Positions 59,319-64,000 of a DNA stretch of 64,000 nt are shown in pieces. Position 1 is the stretch's first letter. Every line of letters starts with the position of its first letter. This stretch comes from the human T2T-CHM13v2.0 reference genome, Homo sapiens, in assembly GCF_009914755.1 (NCBI RefSeq), contig NC_060947.1; one strand, 5' to 3'. The position numbers and the translations under genes are program-made. The notes under the pieces were generated by a model that was not told the DNA's origin, did no database searches, and saw nothing but the letters and a program-made list of their open reading frames with translations.

Positions 59319-61578
59319 GAGATAAGCAAGATGGCTAACTAGACACATCCAGGAGAAACATCTGCCACCAAGGGACTGGGACATTGTGAAGACCTGCACA
59401 CTCCTAGAAGATTTTCAGAGGGAAGGCATTGAGAGTGGATGGAGGGAAGACACAGATGCTGGGCTGAAGAGAAGGAAGCTGGGAATCCTACAAAGGGTTA
59501 CCGCACACTGGGACTTAATCCTGGTCCCCAGAGACTCCTGTGTGAAGGGGTGAGTTAAACGGGTAAGGAGCAACCCACTCTCACCATGGCCTCTGGAATC
59601 CCAAGAGGAGGAGACCCCACAAGCACCATGGACACCTGAGTTGGCAGGGAGAGCTGCTTACAGAATTGGAACGGGCAGAACTCCAATCAATGTGGGGACC
59701 AGAGGGTTTGGTGTAGGAGGATCTATAGTGGAGCATGGCTGGGGATGCCCATGACCCTAGGCTCGGCTTACTCCCATAGGAGACCTTAGACATAGAGGAA
59801 CTCTCAGACTTGAACTCTACAGGGTGGTGTTGCCGGTAAGATGGGCCCGGTCAGACCTGAGCACTCCTCAGTCGGCTGACCTCTCCAGGGTCCCCAGCGT
59901 GGCCACGCCTGCTTGGAGCACAGCCTCGGGTGTCAAGGGGTGATAACTCCTGGGGGCCCCACATCACAGCTCTTGCACTGGTGAACCATGCCTGACCAGC
60001 AGAGAGGTCCAGCAGAGCGTCCCCTGTAGGATACGCACCAGCCCACTCGTACCCTCCTCCAGCTACAGCTTTCCCAGTGCTGCTATGCCTGCGTGCACTC
60101 GCCCGGGGCCACCCACCATATCACTTTGCTGGTGCGTGTGTGCGGGAACGGACCTTGGCTCCCCTTCTCCCCCAGCGTGTGTGTGCAGGTGGACCATGCT
60201 GTGCCACTGCTGCCAGCATGAGTGCACCCCATGCCCTCTCTCCCTGCCACACCACCATTGCCTTTGGAGCGTTGCTGGGAGGAAAGTCTGCCAGCCTCGT
60301 TCCCGCCAGTGCCCCTCTCCTGCGCCAGCACTGCTGCCAGCACAAAATTAGCACAGGAACAGCTGCCCCAACTCCATCCTGATCAGCCACCGCCACCCAC
60401 GTGAATGTGCACAGAGGACACACACAGCCCTGTAGCCACCAGCACTGTTGCCTCCGTGCCAACAGCACGACAAGCACGAAGGCACACACAGTCTGTGGCA
60501 GGGGCACCTCGCCACCCTGAGCCATGCTGCCATCACCTGCAACAAATGCCCACACAGAGGCCAGCACCCTGGCACCCACTAGCACCCTGTCGCAGCCAAG
60601 AAGCATGGACCGCACTGTGCTGCCTCTGCTGCTGATCCTGGCATGCATAAATGAGGACGGAGCCCGCTGCCACTGCCCTTTGAAGAACTTTGGCTGGCAC
60701 CACCCAAGTTGTGACCAGTGGTCCAGGAGCACCTCAGCCCCTGCAGTGCAGCAAATTCCTAATCTCCAGGAGCCAAATAACAAAGCCAGGGCCTGATACC
60801 CGCTCCTCAGAGTTATAGAACCCAGTCCAGGAGTCCTGAGCTGAGCCTTGGCCCCCTAAAATCTTCAGAAACAAAGCCAGTTGACTGAACCCATCTTATA
60901 CTAAAATCAAACAGTCAAGGTCATCAAATACGATAAAAGAAAAAAAACCCAAAAGACAGCAACTTCAAAAATTGAAGGAATATCAGCCTGGAAAGAAAAG
61001 AAGAAACCAGCATATAACTCCAAAAGCCAGAGTATCTTCTTTCCTCTGAATTATCACACTACTTCTCCAGCAAGGGTTCTTAACCAGCTGGAGATGGATG
61101 AAATGAAAGGAATAAAATTCAAAATATAGGTAGGAATGAAGATCATCAAGATTCATGAGAATGTTGGAACCCAATCCAAGGAAACTAAGAATCATAACAA
61201 AACAATATGGGAGCTGACAGACAAAATAGCCAGTATAGATAAGAACATAACTGACCTGATAGAGCCGAAACACACACTACAAGAGTTTCATAATGCAATT
61301 GCAAGTATTAGAAGCAGAACAAACCAAGCTGAGGAAAGGATATCAGAGCTTGAAGATGGGCTTTCTGAAATAAGACAGTCAGACAAGAATAATAATAATA
61401 ATAAAAAAGAATAAAAGGAATGAACAAAAACCTCTGAGAAATACAGGATTATGTAGAGTCCAAATCTACAACTCATTGGTGTCCGTGAGAGAGATGACAG
61501 AAATGGAACCAACTTGGAAGACCTATTTCAGGATATCATCCATGAGAACTTCCCCAACCTAGCTAGGGAGGCTGACAT
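59319..61578 (+). mobile_element. Old primate L1 (L1PA13-16/L1P3-4 type) 5'UTR and first half of ORF1, lacking its 3' part
   Basis: Starts AGCAAGATGGCTAACTAGAC; GC-rich UTR; ORF1 peptide LQEFHNAIASIRSRTNQAEERISELEDGLSEIRQ (61136-61414); ends after AACTTCCCCAACCTAGC. Confidence 0.85.
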
Positions 61579-61815
61579 AAAAACAGATACGTAGACCCAA
61601 GAAACAGAACAGAGCCCAGAAATAAACCCATGCATATATGGTCAACTAATCTTCGACAATGGCACCAAGAAGACATAATGAGGAAAGGATAATCTCTTAA
61701 GTAAATGATGCTGTGAAAACTAGTTATCCATATGCAAAAAAATGAAATTGGTCCATTTTCTTACACATATACAAAATTAACTGAAAATGAATAAAAACTT
61801 AAATTTAAGATGTGA
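61575..61815 (+). mobile_element. L1MA-type ORF2 fragment
   Basis: CCCAGAAATAAACCCATGCATATATGGTCAACTAATCTTCGACAA..GCACCAAGAA. Confidence 0.75.
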
Positions 61816-63681
61816 ATCTGAAATAGTTTCTTTTGAGGGCAGGCCTTGGTAAGAACAGAATGCTCTAGGTGTATTACAAAATGGCTACCTATTATTTTCG
61901 CCCCTCCCTGCTGGAAGTATGAGGATATTTTTCTCTGATCTTCACAGTGAGAACATGGTAGGGCTTCTGGAATTAAAACTCATGAAAATATGGGCCCCTT
62001 ATTGTCAGACTGGGCCCCTTTACTGTTTTTAACCCTCACATTTGTCCACACATTGCCTCCGGCATTTTATCAATTATGGTGTAAGAAAGATTTCCTGTCT
62101 TGGTTCTGGTTCCCATGGAGGTGTCTGCTCTCGGGCTTCTACTCCATTGAGTTGTGATTCTCATTATCTACCTGTCTGTTCCTTCAATTTGGGGAATAGC
62201 ACTTTGCCTTGTGACCTCACTTCTAGGTTAGCTCTAAGAAGAATTGTTGATTTTGTTTGATAAGATTTTTTCTTGTTGTAGGATGGAAGTGATGAATTCC
62301 AAGCTCCTTACATGCCAAACTGAAAACTAAAGTCTCCATTGATTACTTTTTATTATGCGATTAATGTGTAAACATATTTATTATATTAAGGGTGAACATG
62401 TTACCAAATGGTAGTCTCCTTTGATAACCTCCCCTAAATCTTCGTCCCCATGTTCACTTCAGAGATAAGCATATGGGTTTGGTCTGTAACCTTTTAAATC
62501 ATTGTCAATGCATTAATATATATATAAAACTGTACCCACGCAAAATATACAGGACTATTTACTGTCATTTTTGTTTATTTTTACCTTCTCTCTTCTTTTA
62601 ATTAAACTTGTCAGTTTGTATTTTAATAGGTTTTTTTGAAATTACTAAATTTTTTTGTTCTATGGATGATATTTTTTCTCTCCTTGTCTTCAGCTTCTAT
62701 ATGTATTAATTTTTTCAGCTTGATACATGTTCATTTCTCTGTATTCTTTCTAGTTTTATATTCCAATACTTAATTCATTATTTTTAATATTCAAATACAT
62801 TACTTTCTTAATAAAACATTCACTACATCAGACAGGTACTGTTTATATTGTTTACTTCTAAATACATTTTAAAAATTCTTCTTCAATTTATCTTTGATGA
62901 AAGAGTATTTTAGAAGTGCATTCTTTTAGTTTTTGTATAGAATTTATGGATCACCTTTTTAAAAATGATTGCTAAATTTTTGAATTGTAGTGTGTGGATA
63001 TGGTTGGTATGATGTGATTATTTCTAATTTGTCAGGACATCCATGTGAATTTCTGCAAGTGTTCCAACTATGTTTTTTTACCTTACCTTCAAATCAAGAA
63101 TATGTTTTATTTTAAATGTACTCATTCATGTGATTACTCAAATCCTCTATAAATTTATTTGATGTATTTAATTATTGGTTTCTAAGAAAGATCTGCTCAT
63201 GTCTCTTACCATATTGCATACTTTTTCAAATTCACCTCGAGGGTAAATCAATATTTGCTTTCCTTTAGTAAAAATATTTTGAGAATGTAAATAAATGTTC
63301 ATGACTTTTATATATTTTATTTGATTTTTCTTTACCAACACATAATATCAAACTTTGTTTCTCTTAATGCTTTCTATGATAAAAACTATTTTGTCTACAC
63401 CTACTTTTATGTTTAACATTTACCTGGTACTTTAAAAAATTCATTTATTTTCCACATTTTTGTGTCATTTTAGTTAGGTGCCACACTTATGAAAAGCCAT
63501 TCTTGAACTTTTTAGAAAGCCAATTTGAAGATCTTTGACTTTTAATAGATGAGATGAACCAATTAGCATTTATCTGAACACTGGCTTATTTGGCTTTATT
63601 TCTGCCATTGTATTTTGTGCTTCCCTTTAATAATTTTATTCCATATTTATGTTGGGTGATCAAATTTATTTATATTATTTA

Positions 63682-64000
63682 TGCTTTAAGGAGGTTCTAT
63701 TTTGGTGTATTTTGAGGATTTGTTTCAAGATTTAGAACTCCTCTTAGGAGTTCTTATAGTGCTGGCTTGGTAGTGGTGAATTCTCTCAGCATTTTTTTTT
63801 GTCTGGAAAAGACTGTATCTTTCTTTCATTTATGAAGCTTAGTCTGGATAGAAAATTCTTGGCAGGTAATTGTTTTGTTTAAGGACGCTAAAAATAGGAC
63901 CCCGATCCCTTCTAGCTTGTAGGGTTTCTGCTGAGAAATCTGTTAATCTGGTAGGTTTTACTTTATAGGTTACCTAATGCATTTGCTTCACAGCTCTTAA
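63682..64000 (-). mobile_element. L1PB-like fragment (ORF1 end), runs off the window edge
   Basis: GCTTTAAGGAGGTTCTATTTTGGTGTATTT..GGATTTGTTTCAAGATTTAGAACTCC..TCTGCTGAGAAATCTG. Confidence 0.82.

Larger units (their letters stand above)
56580..62335 (-). mobile_element. L1MC-type LINE-1 with a large internal deletion and several nested insertions
   Basis: L1MC 3'UTR at 56600-57640; 5'-region at 58870-59100 and 61816-62335 homologous to 23660-24180. Confidence 0.72.

Noticed and set aside
60077-60796. Cluster of overlapping ORFs up to 220 aa
   Set aside because: They lie in a GC-rich L1 5'UTR where stop codons are rare; no recognisable domain.

Overview
AT-rich primate genomic DNA. A late L1PA2-like element points to the human/African great ape lineage. 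The window is dominated by nested transposable elements: LINE-1s of many ages (L1ME/MC/MA/PB/PA), about nine Alus, ERVL/MaLR LTRs (including an MLT1 provirus with both LTRs), DNA transposon relics, L2 and MIR. I found no recognisable host protein-coding gene, RNA gene or CRISPR array. Essentially all listed ORFs are L1 ORF1/ORF2 remnants, Alu-derived, or chance ORFs. Subfamily names come from remembered consensus features, not from an alignment, so they are approximate. The most interesting signals are: (1) a full-length L1PA that appears to carry a ~1 kb 3' transduction ending at a captured ERVL LTR polyadenylation signal; (2) four neighbouring L1PA copies of different apparent ages sharing non-consensus substitutions, suggesting local non-allelic gene conversion; (3) a decayed mariner transposase relic split by an L1; (4) several twin-primed or deletion-associated L1/Alu insertions. 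I found no evidence for a genuinely new biological system.
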